This document shows, piece by piece, positions 55,908 through 64,000 of a stretch of DNA of 64,000 bases. The DNA lies in contig CAVUKC010000002.1 of NCBI GenBank assembly GCA_963741965.1, positions 440,488 through 504,487 on the forward strand, written 5' to 3'. This stretch comes from an uncultured Chloroflexia bacterium (lineage in GTDB: Bacteria; Chloroflexota; Chloroflexia; Thermomicrobiales; UBA6265). Position 1 is the stretch's first letter, and the number at the start of each line of letters is the position of its first letter. The translations under genes and the position numbers were made by a program. Under the pieces are notes generated by a model. It saw nothing but the letters and a program-made list of their open reading frames with translations. It ran no database searches and was not told the origin of the DNA.

Positions 55908-58697
55908 GTGACACGATCGATACGCCGGGGACCGGCGCTGATCATCGCGATATTCATGGCACTGAGCTCGCTTGTGGCGCCGGCAACCGCCCTGGGAGCG
56001 CAAACCGCCTCACCGGTCGCCTCGCCCGCAGCCTCTCCGGTGGCCGGGGAGGCGTCGCCATTCGTCGATCTCGACGTGCTGTTCATCGGCGCGCATCCGG
56101 ACGATGAATCTTCGCGCCTGTCCACGTACGGCCAATGGAATGAGAACGATGACATCAACGTCGGCGTGATCACGATCACCCGAGGTGAAGGCGGCGGCAA
56201 CGCCGTCGGCACCGAGGAGGGGCCCGCGCTCGGTCTGCTTCGTGAGGGTGAGGAGCGAGCCGCCGTCGGCAAGGCCGGCGTCGAGCATATCTACAACCTC
56301 GACAAGGTCGACTTCTACTACACCGTCAGTGCACCACTGGCCGAGGAGACGTGGGGCTACGAGGACACGCTCGAGCGTGTGGTGCGCGTCGTGCGCGCGA
56401 CGCAGCCCGAGGTGATCGTCACCATGAACCCGGCGCCGACGCCCGGCAACCACGGTCACCACCAGATGGCCGCGCGCCTGGCTGTCGCGGCCTACAACGA
56501 GGCTGGTGATCCGTCCGTCTACCCCGAGCAGATCAGCGACGAGGGGCTTGCCGCATGGGCGCCATCTCGCATCTTCTCCGGTCCGTTCATCCCAGACGCG
56601 CCGACGGGTGAGAGCTGCGCGACCGATATCACCACGGCGGAACCGACCGATGTCGTCTACGGCGTCTGGTCCGGCGCGACGTCCGAGGCGAACGGCGGCA
56701 CGACGTGGGCGCAGATCGAGCGCGAGGCACAGCGCCTCTACGCCTCGCAAGGGTGGGCTGGCTTCCCGGACGCACCGACCGACCCGGCGGAGATCGGCTG
56801 TGACTACTTCTCGCTGATCGACAGCCGCGCGCCGTTCACGCTCGGCAACAGCGACACGACCGCGCCGCTCGAAGGCGCGCTGTTCGACACCACTGGTGGC
56901 CTGCCGGCAGGCACGCTGTTCGACGTGGAGACGACGCAGTTCGATGTTATCGGTGGACAGCCGTTCAACGTCGATGTCTCCGCGGTAACGAGCGGCAGCG
57001 ATGTCTCCGTCTCGTGGGAGCTGCCCGAGGGCTGGAGCTCCGAGCCGGTTGACTCCTCCGTCGATGGAGGCATGTTGAACGAGACGGTCGCCATCACACC
57101 GTCCGAGGACGCCAATGCCGGGCAGCGCTACCGGCTGGTCGCGACCCTCAACGTCGATGGCGCCACCGGCCAGAACGTGGAGATCGTCCACGTCGCCGCG
57201 CCGGTGGAAGGACATGTGCAGGCGCTGCCGCAGGTGACGCAGTTCCGTGACTGGGTCGCCGAGGTCGGTGAGCCGGTGCTCGACAACCTGATCAAGCCGG
57301 TGGTCTCGATCGGTGTCGGCGAGACGCGCGACATCACCGTCGATGTGACGAACAACACCGGCGAAGAGCAGCAGACGTCCGTCACGCTCGTGCTGGAGGA
57401 GGGGTTCACTGCCGACAACGAGAGCCAGGCGGTCACGGTCGGACCGAACGAGTCGGTTTCGGTGACTTTCTCGGTGACGAATGAAGACACGTCGCTGCCG
57501 ACCGCCAACCAGGGCGGTATCGGCGGTGATTACCTGCTGGACATCCGTACGGTGGCGAACGGCGTCGCCACGACGGAGCAGGCCGGACTCAACCTCGTGC
57601 CCGTCGTGACGGTTCCGGCCATCGGCGCCGCGCCGGCGAGCCCGGTGGCGGATGCCTCGCCGGTCGCCCAGCCGGTCACATCGGCTCCGACCGTCGACGG
57701 CACGATCGCCGATGGCGAGTACGCGAGCGCGCCGTTGGATCTCTCCCGCGTGTGGGAGGGTGAGGATCCGGAGTCACCGCAGGACGCCAGCGGGCAGGCA
57801 TGGCTCACGTGGGACGACAACGGCATCTACGTCGGCGTGCAGGTGATGGACGACACGCTCGGCACGGTGCTGCCGCAGAACGACGCCAAGCGGCACTGGC
57901 GCACGGACTCCGTCGAGATCGCGATCGATCCGCTCGGCACCGCCGAGAACACCTCCGCGACCTTCAAGGTCGGTATCTTCCCGGAGACGCAGGAGGGCGG
58001 GCCGGCGGCCTACCGCGACGCCGACGCCTACCAGGGCCCGGTGTCCGAGACGGCGCCGGACATGGAGCTGGCCAGCTCGGTCAGCGACCCGTACAGCGGC
58101 TACGTGATCGAGACGTTCATCCCGTACGACTCACTGCCGGCGCCAGTCGATCCGGACAACATGGCGATGAACATCTTCATCTACGACTCGGACACGCAGG
58201 ATCTCACCGGGCAGACCCGTCTCGGCTGGTCCGTCTGGGGCGGCGTGCAGGGCGACCCGTACCGGTGGGGCCACGTGAACCTCGACGGGTACACCGCCAC
58301 CGATGGCGGCGAGCTTCAGGCGCCCCAGATGCCGCTCGACGCCGCGCACAGCGTGGAGTCGCCGATGTCTATCGTCCAGTCGGCGAGTGACGGTGTGCCG
58401 TTGTCCGGCGCGCCGGCGGTGACCGACGCGAATGCGATCTCGCTCAGCAGCGGTCCGACACTCGACGGCGGAACGCTCGCCGCGACCGTACAGGCGGGTG
58501 ACGCGAGCGGCACCGTTCGCGCCTACGCGCTCGCCGATGATGGCAGCGTGGTGGGCGAGCAGGAGCTCGCAGTCGAGGCCGGCGGCACCGGCGAGATTTC
58601 GATCGACGTCGGCGATACCGGCGTGGCGACGCTCGCGGTGTCGTTCCAGACGGACGACGGCGCGGTGCAGGCGGTCGCTGAGGCGATCGGTCAATAG
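55908..58697 (+). CDS. Secreted PIG-L/LmbE-family deacetylase with Ig-like (NEW3-like) and CBM9/DOMON-like domains
   Basis: Signal peptide, AHPDDE, TRGEGG, GNHGHHQ; LTWDDNGIYVGVQVMDD...DSVEIAID; start could be 55902. Confidence 0.8.
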   Translation: MTRSIRRGPALIIAIFMALSSLVAPATALGAQTASPVASPAASPVAGEASPFVDLDVLFIGAHPDDESSRLSTYGQWNENDDINVGVITITRGEGGGNAVGTEEGPALGLLREGEERAAVGKAGVEHIYNLDKVDFYYTVSAPLAEETWGYEDTLERVVRVVRATQPEVIVTMNPAPTPGNHGHHQMAARLAVAAYNEAGDPSVYPEQISDEGLAAWAPSRIFSGPFIPDAPTGESCATDITTAEPTDVVYGVWSGATSEANGGTTWAQIEREAQRLYASQGWAGFPDAPTDPAEIGCDYFSLIDSRAPFTLGNSDTTAPLEGALFDTTGGLPAGTLFDVETTQFDVIGGQPFNVDVSAVTSGSDVSVSWELPEGWSSEPVDSSVDGGMLNETVAITPSEDANAGQRYRLVATLNVDGATGQNVEIVHVAAPVEGHVQALPQVTQFRDWVAEVGEPVLDNLIKPVVSIGVGETRDITVDVTNNTGEEQQTSVTLVLEEGFTADNESQAVTVGPNESVSVTFSVTNEDTSLPTANQGGIGGDYLLDIRTVANGVATTEQAGLNLVPVVTVPAIGAAPASPVADASPVAQPVTSAPTVDGTIADGEYASAPLDLSRVWEGEDPESPQDASGQAWLTWDDNGIYVGVQVMDDTLGTVLPQNDAKRHWRTDSVEIAIDPLGTAENTSATFKVGIFPETQEGGPAAYRDADAYQGPVSETAPDMELASSVSDPYSGYVIETFIPYDSLPAPVDPDNMAMNIFIYDSDTQDLTGQTRLGWSVWGGVQGDPYRWGHVNLDGYTATDGGELQAPQMPLDAAHSVESPMSIVQSASDGVPLSGAPAVTDANAISLSSGPTLDGGTLAATVQAGDASGTVRAYALADDGSVVGEQELAVEAGGTGEISIDVGDTGVATLAVSFQTDDGAVQAVAEAIGQ

Positions 58698-58722
58698 ACC
58701 GGTCCATACACGAACGCGCGTG

Positions 58723-58753
58723 AACGCCGCCCCCGCCCAGCGGGGGCGGCGTT
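58723..58753 (+). terminator. GC-rich hairpin after the deacetylase gene
   Basis: AACGCCGCCCCCGC-CCA-GCGGGGGCGGCGTT. Confidence 0.6.
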
Positions 58754-58861
58754 GCGTGTCCGGGGCACCGCCGTTGAGGAAGTGGGGGCCGGGATCGTGC
58801 GATGGGCGTCCCGTATACTCGTCGGGTGTTAACGCGACGACCATGGCAGAGGAGGGTATTC

Positions 58862-59494
58862 GTGGCCGAGTCAACCAGGCGCGCCGAGGACATACTCGCG
58901 GAGATCGCGGATGAGGTGAAGTCCTGCACGCGTTGCGAGCTGTTCCGGGCGGCCACGCACGGGGTTCCGGGTGAGGGAAATCCGGAGGCGCGAGTGATGT
59001 TCATCGGCGAAGGGCCCGGCTGGCACGAGGACCAGCAGGGGCGACCGTTCGTCGGCAACTCCGGCAAGTTTCTCAGCGAGCTGATCGAGAAGGCCGGGCT
59101 CACGCGCGACGAGGTGTTCATCACCAACATCGTCAAGCACCGACCACCGAGCAACCGCGACCCGCTGCCGGACGAGATCACCGCCTGCGCGGTCTATCTC
59201 GAGCACCAGATCGACGCGATCGATCCGGATGTGATCGTCACGCTCGGCCGTCACTCGATGAATCGCTACTTCCCCGGCGAGCGCATCTCGCGGATTCACG
59301 GGCAGCCGAAGCGGATCGGCACGCGGCTGGTGGTGCCGATGTACCACCCGGCGGCGGCGCTCCACAACGGCTCGCTGAAGTCCACGATCGAAGAGGACTT
59401 CGGCAAGCTGCCGAAATTCCTCGCGGAGCAGGAAAACGAGCGCTCGAAGCGGCAGGAAGAGGCGGATCCTCCACAGCAGGGCACGCTGTTCTAG
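58862..59494 (+). CDS. Uracil-DNA glycosylase family 4
   Basis: CTRCEL, IGEGPG, GRPFVG, YHPAA; GTG start after GAGGAGG. Confidence 0.94.
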   Translation: MAESTRRAEDILAEIADEVKSCTRCELFRAATHGVPGEGNPEARVMFIGEGPGWHEDQQGRPFVGNSGKFLSELIEKAGLTRDEVFITNIVKHRPPSNRDPLPDEITACAVYLEHQIDAIDPDVIVTLGRHSMNRYFPGERISRIHGQPKRIGTRLVVPMYHPAAALHNGSLKSTIEEDFGKLPKFLAEQENERSKRQEEADPPQQGTLF

Positions 59495-59523
59495 CTGGCG
59501 CGCTGCGCGAAAGAGGTACCCAG

Positions 59524-61203
59524 GTGTCAGAGGCGGGCGCAGTTCGGCTGATCTTTCTCGGTGGCATGGCGGAGGTCGGCAAGAACATCTTTATCCTCGA
59601 GTCGGATGACGACCTCGTGGTTGTCGACTTCGGGCTCGGTTTCCCGGACGAGCATCAGCACGGCGTTGACATCGTGCTGCCAGACGTGAGCTATCTCGCC
59701 GAGCGGCGGGACAAGATTCGCGGCATCTTCATCACCCACGGACACGAGGACCACATTGGCGCGCTGCCGTACCTCTGGGAAGAGGTGCGTGCGCCGATCT
59801 TCGCGACCCGGCTCACCGCCGGCCTCATCCAGGGGAAGCTGCGCGAGGCGAATCTGGACACTGTTGCCGAGCTGCGTATCTTCGATCCTGACCAGCACCC
59901 GGTACTCCCGGCGGGCGGGATGACGGTTGAGCCGTTTCGCGTCACGCACAGCATCCCGGACGCCGTTGGGTACGGCATAACCACCCCCGCCGGTCTGGTC
60001 GTCCACACCAGCGATTTCAAGTTCGATCCCACGCCGGTCGACGGCAAGGTGACCGACTACGCAAAGATCGAGGAGCTCGGGCGTCGCGGTGTGCGACTGC
60101 TCATCTCCGACTGCGTTCACATCGAAACCGACGGCGCGACCCCCTCGGAGTCCGTGATCAGCGAGACCTACGACGAGGTCTTCGCCGCGGCACCGGGCCG
60201 GGTGATCGTGGCGACCTTCGCGTCGCTCATTGCCCGCATTCAGCAGGTCATCGACGTCGCCGGGAGGCACGGCCGTCGCGTTGCGCCCCTGGGCCGCAGC
60301 CTGACCAACAACGTGCGCATCGCGCAGGAGCTGGGCTACCTGCACGATCCGAACGGCACGCTGATCGAGGGACGCGACGCGCATCGGCTGCCCGAAGACC
60401 AGATCGTGTACGTCGTCACGGGCAGTCAGGGCGAGCCGATGGCGGTCCTGAGCCGCATCGCCAACAGAGACCATCACGAGATCCAGATCCACGACCGGGA
60501 CACCGTCGTGGTATCTGCGACCCCGATTCCGGGCAACGAGACGTCGGTGTACCGGATCATCGACCAGCTGTTCCACCAGGGCGCTGAGGTGATCTATTCG
60601 GCGCGCGCTCGCGTGCACGTCTCCGGTCACGCCAGCCGCGACGAGCTGCGCCGCATGATCGAGATGGTCAAGCCCGAGCACGTGCTGCCAACACACGGCG
60701 AGTTCCGGCATCTCGTCCTGTATGCCGACCTCGCGCGGGAGACCGGCATCCCTGACGAGCGGATCCACATGGTCGCACCGGGCGACGTGCTGGCGATCAG
60801 TGACGATGGGCTGGAGATCGTCGACCGCGTCGACACCGGCCGGATATTCGTCGAGGGCCGGCGGATGAACACCGTCGACGAGGAGATGCTCGGCCATCGC
60901 GACCACATCGCGAACGAGGGCATCGTCACCGTGGTCGTGCCGGTCGACCGCGATCGCCGCCTCGTCGCGGGCGAGCCGGTTATCACCAGCGTCGGGCTCG
61001 CCGTTCATCTCGACGCAGACATGCGCGATGAGATGGTCGCCGCGATGCGGGACGCGGTCGCGACGATGCTTGATCGCGACGTCCTCGATGACGCGCGGCT
61101 CGAAAAGCGCGTGCAGGGAATCGCCGCGTCCTATATCTACCGCGGCAAGCGACAGCGACCGAAGATCCAGCCGATCATCGTGCACGTGTCACCCAGTCAA
61201 TAG
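59524..61203 (+). CDS. rnj: Ribonuclease J
   Basis: EVGKN, THGHEDHIG, HSIPD, TGSQGEP, HVSGH, HGE. Confidence 0.96.
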   Translation: MSEAGAVRLIFLGGMAEVGKNIFILESDDDLVVVDFGLGFPDEHQHGVDIVLPDVSYLAERRDKIRGIFITHGHEDHIGALPYLWEEVRAPIFATRLTAGLIQGKLREANLDTVAELRIFDPDQHPVLPAGGMTVEPFRVTHSIPDAVGYGITTPAGLVVHTSDFKFDPTPVDGKVTDYAKIEELGRRGVRLLISDCVHIETDGATPSESVISETYDEVFAAAPGRVIVATFASLIARIQQVIDVAGRHGRRVAPLGRSLTNNVRIAQELGYLHDPNGTLIEGRDAHRLPEDQIVYVVTGSQGEPMAVLSRIANRDHHEIQIHDRDTVVVSATPIPGNETSVYRIIDQLFHQGAEVIYSARARVHVSGHASRDELRRMIEMVKPEHVLPTHGEFRHLVLYADLARETGIPDERIHMVAPGDVLAISDDGLEIVDRVDTGRIFVEGRRMNTVDEEMLGHRDHIANEGIVTVVVPVDRDRRLVAGEPVITSVGLAVHLDADMRDEMVAAMRDAVATMLDRDVLDDARLEKRVQGIAASYIYRGKRQRPKIQPIIVHVSPSQ

Positions 61204-61355
61204 CGCACGTACACCCCTGTCCCGCGCCCGGAATCCTGTGTATACTAGTGTCCGTACACTCTTTCCCGTTCATCGCGGGGACGGATAAGAGGCGGGCACC
61301 GGTCGGTGCCATCGTGCGCCGATCATGCACGGCGCGTTCCGGAAGGGGGAGACAC

Positions 61356-63581
61356 TTGGCCGCAACCCGAACACGAGCTGGCATGGCCACCGGTCGTACC
61401 CGTTCCAGCAGCGCGTCGCGCAAGCGCAGGAAGTCCAGCGGCAACATCGTCGTGCGAGTGGCCCGGGCGACCCCCGAGTTCCTCCGAGGACTGGTGCCGA
61501 CGATCGAGATATCGGACCGCCTCCGCCGCGAGATCCTCGGCGTGAGCCTGGTGATCCTCGCCCTGCTCACCTCGTGGGCGCTCGGCCGCGGTGAGGGCGA
61601 CGGCGCGCTCGTGTCGTGGTGGTCCCGCACGCTGCGCGACCTCCTCGGCGACGGTGCGCCGCTGGTGCCGGTCTTCCTGGCCCTCGCCGCGATTCGCACA
61701 TTCGCCAACTACGGCCAACCGGTGCTGCTCTTCCGCCACTACATCGGCGGCGTGATGTTCGCGACCTCGATCCTGGGCTTGATGTCGTTCGACGGTCCCG
61801 AGACCGCAGGCATTGTTGGTGAGGCGCTCGGGGATCTTGTCGAAGGCGCCCTCGGCTTCGTCGCTTCGGGACTGGTGCTGCTCGCCATCGGCATCGTCTC
61901 CGTGTTCCTGATCGCTGACACGGATATCCAGACGCTGGAGCGGGACGTACGGCGCCTGCTGCCAAAGCGGAAACCGAAACCCGCTGCGCAACCAGAGGCT
62001 GCGCCCCGCCCAAAAGCGAAGAAGCGGCCCGCGCCGCGCAAGAGCGTGCCGCTGGTCGAGGCGGAGCCGGTTGAGCGGGTGATCAATATCCCAAAGCGGG
62101 AAGCTCCGCCGGCGGCAGCCTCGGCGCAGGATGAGCCAGCAATGCCCGCGCCGGCACCAGCCCCGGACGTGCCGCTGCCGCTGCCGGATCTTCGGCTGCT
62201 GTCGTACTACGACCAGCCGGTGCCGGAGACGGCGGAGCTGGAGCTCAAGGCGAAGCAGATCGAGGAGACGCTCGCCAGCTTCAAGGTGCAGGCGAGGGTC
62301 CGCGAGATCAACCCGGGGCCAGCCGTGACGCAGTTCGCGCTCGAGCCTGGCAACGGCGTCAAGGTGCGACGCATCAGCGAGCTTCACAACGACCTTGCGC
62401 TCACGCTCGCCGCCCAGTCAGTTCGCGTCGAGGCGCCGATCCCCGGGCAGGCGCGCGTCGGGGTCGAGATTCCGAACAAGGAGATCGCCACGGTCGGTCT
62501 GCGCGAGGTGCTGGAGTCGCGCAACTTCAAGACGGGCAAGTGGAAGCTGCCGCTGCCGCTCGGTCGCGATGTGAATGGCCGTGCCGTGGTCGGCGATCTC
62601 GCGAAGATGCCGCACCTGCTCATCGCCGGCTCCACCGGATCGGGCAAGAGCGTCTGTCTCAATGGCGTCATCAGCACGTTTCTGATGTACAAGCGGCCGG
62701 ATGAGCTGCGGCTGCTCATGATCGACCCAAAGATGGTCGAACTCACCGGCTTCAACGGCGTGCCGCACCTGCTCTGCCCGGTGGTCACCGAGATGGAGAA
62801 GGTGGTCGGCGCGTTGCGGATGGTGCTCAAGGAGATGAATCGCCGCTACGAGCTGTTCAAGACGCTCGGCGTGCGGAACATCGACGGGTACCGCAAGCAC
62901 ACCGCGAAGGATGACGAGGCAGAGACCATTCCCTACCTGGTGGTGATCATCGACGAGCTCGCCGATCTCATGATGACGACGTCCGACGAGGTCGAGACGC
63001 TGCTCGCGCGCCTCACGCAGATGGCCCGCGCGACCGGCATCCACCTCATCATCGCCACGCAGCGACCGTCGGTGAATGTGCTGACGGGTCTGATCAAGGC
63101 AAACGTGCCAGCGCGCATCGCCTTCGCGGTGTCGTCGATGGTCGACAGCCGCGTGGTGCTGGACCAGCCGGGAGCCGAGCGGCTGCTCGGGCGGGGCGAC
63201 ATGCTGTACCTGCCTGGGGACGCCGCCAAGCCCGTGCGCATCCAGGGCGTCTTCATCGAGGAAGAGGTCAACGCGATCGTCAACCACTGGCACACGGTCT
63301 CGCCGGTGCCGCAGTACGACGAGGAGTGGCTGGACCTGCCGACGAACCAGGTGCAGTCCGAGAGCGGCGGCTACGAGGACGACGAGGATCCGCTGATGGA
63401 GCAGGCGATGGACGTGATCAAGCGCCAGCGGAGCGCGTCGGCGTCGATGCTGCAGCGCCGGCTGCGTATCGGCTACAACCGGGCGGCGCGGATCATCGAG
63501 CAGATGGAAGCCGACGGTGTGATCGGTCCGGCGGACGGCGCCAAGGGGCGGCCGGTGCTCGTGGGCTTCGAGGAAGAGTAG
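61356..63581 (+). CDS. ftsK: DNA translocase FtsK/SpoIIIE
   Basis: N-terminal TM segments, PHLLIAGSTGSGKS, IIDELADLM, gamma domain LQRRLRIGYNRAARI; TTG start inferred from RBS. Confidence 0.96.
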   Translation: MAATRTRAGMATGRTRSSSASRKRRKSSGNIVVRVARATPEFLRGLVPTIEISDRLRREILGVSLVILALLTSWALGRGEGDGALVSWWSRTLRDLLGDGAPLVPVFLALAAIRTFANYGQPVLLFRHYIGGVMFATSILGLMSFDGPETAGIVGEALGDLVEGALGFVASGLVLLAIGIVSVFLIADTDIQTLERDVRRLLPKRKPKPAAQPEAAPRPKAKKRPAPRKSVPLVEAEPVERVINIPKREAPPAAASAQDEPAMPAPAPAPDVPLPLPDLRLLSYYDQPVPETAELELKAKQIEETLASFKVQARVREINPGPAVTQFALEPGNGVKVRRISELHNDLALTLAAQSVRVEAPIPGQARVGVEIPNKEIATVGLREVLESRNFKTGKWKLPLPLGRDVNGRAVVGDLAKMPHLLIAGSTGSGKSVCLNGVISTFLMYKRPDELRLLMIDPKMVELTGFNGVPHLLCPVVTEMEKVVGALRMVLKEMNRRYELFKTLGVRNIDGYRKHTAKDDEAETIPYLVVIIDELADLMMTTSDEVETLLARLTQMARATGIHLIIATQRPSVNVLTGLIKANVPARIAFAVSSMVDSRVVLDQPGAERLLGRGDMLYLPGDAAKPVRIQGVFIEEEVNAIVNHWHTVSPVPQYDEEWLDLPTNQVQSESGGYEDDEDPLMEQAMDVIKRQRSASASMLQRRLRIGYNRAARIIEQMEADGVIGPADGAKGRPVLVGFEEE

Positions 63582-63610
63582 GGTCACGCGTCACGGTTGA
63601 GCCGGACATG

Positions 63611-63648
63611 AAAACACCCCCGGACGGAGTCTGCTCCATCCGGGGGTG
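63611..63648 (-). terminator. Terminator between convergent ftsK and zinc-ribbon gene
   Basis: AAAA-CACCCCCGGA...TCCGGGGGTG; U-run on the minus strand. Confidence 0.7.
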
Positions 63649-63669
63649 ATGCTGTTCAGCGTTGTCCGG

Positions 63670-63987
63670 TCAGGCCTGCTCGCTGCCCGCCGCGGCCATC
63701 TCGCGCTCGCGCGACTTGACCTTGTCGTAGCACATCGAGCAGTACACCGGGTTGCCGTTGCGCGGCACGAACGGAACGGTCGTCTTCTGGTTGCACTCGG
63801 CGCAGACCACTTCCGTCATGGCACGGTCGGGAAGCCCCAGCTTCGCCTTGCGTGATGCCCGACACGTCGGACATCGGGCCGGGATGTTGATCAGCTGCTT
63901 TTCCTTGTAGAACTGTTGCTCTCCCGCGGTCCAGGTGAATGGATCAGTACATTCCCTGCACCGGAGTGTTTTGTCCTCGAAGTGCAC
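63670..63987 (-). CDS. Zinc-ribbon protein with CxxC-x17-CxxC domain
   Basis: FEDKTLRCREC...FTWTAGEQQFY...PARCPTCR; CAEC...VPFVP...PVYCSMC. Confidence 0.88.
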   Translation of the reverse strand: MHFEDKTLRCRECTDPFTWTAGEQQFYKEKQLINIPARCPTCRASRKAKLGLPDRAMTEVVCAECNQKTTVPFVPRNGNPVYCSMCYDKVKSREREMAAAGSEQA

Positions 63988-64000
63988 GTTTTCGACCCTC

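Overview
High-GC bacterial core-genome window, probably Chloroflexota (Thermomicrobia-like). The lineage is inferred from the S12 insertion, the RpoC insertion, the GAQGSGKGTQA Adk and the SPVA linkers. It contains the 3' part of rpoB, rpoC, a three-gene insert, and the str-S10-spc-alpha ribosomal superoperon through rplM-rpsI (without infA). A minus-strand cluster follows (nth, His-phosphatase, MBL hydrolase, P1 peptidase, degenerate TIM-barrel protein). Next come a pyrC-carA-carB-pyrK-pyrD-cax-pyrE operon with a PyrR-type attenuator, ligA, a DnaQ/UvrC-like fusion with a LexA-type box, a sugar ABC module with a secreted PIG-L deacetylase, udg, rnj, ftsK and a zinc-ribbon protein. No CRISPR array, rRNA, tRNA or transposase was seen. 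The most notable non-gene signals are four: large structured spacers (rpsL-rpsG 382 nt; map-rpmJ 239 nt in the usual infA position); a family of GTAG-hairpin REP-like elements with covarying stems, two of which supply ribosomal-protein stop codons and others of which bracket carB; a G-skewed codon usage confined to tuf; and four frameshifts that are probably assembly indels. All RNA folds were done by eye.
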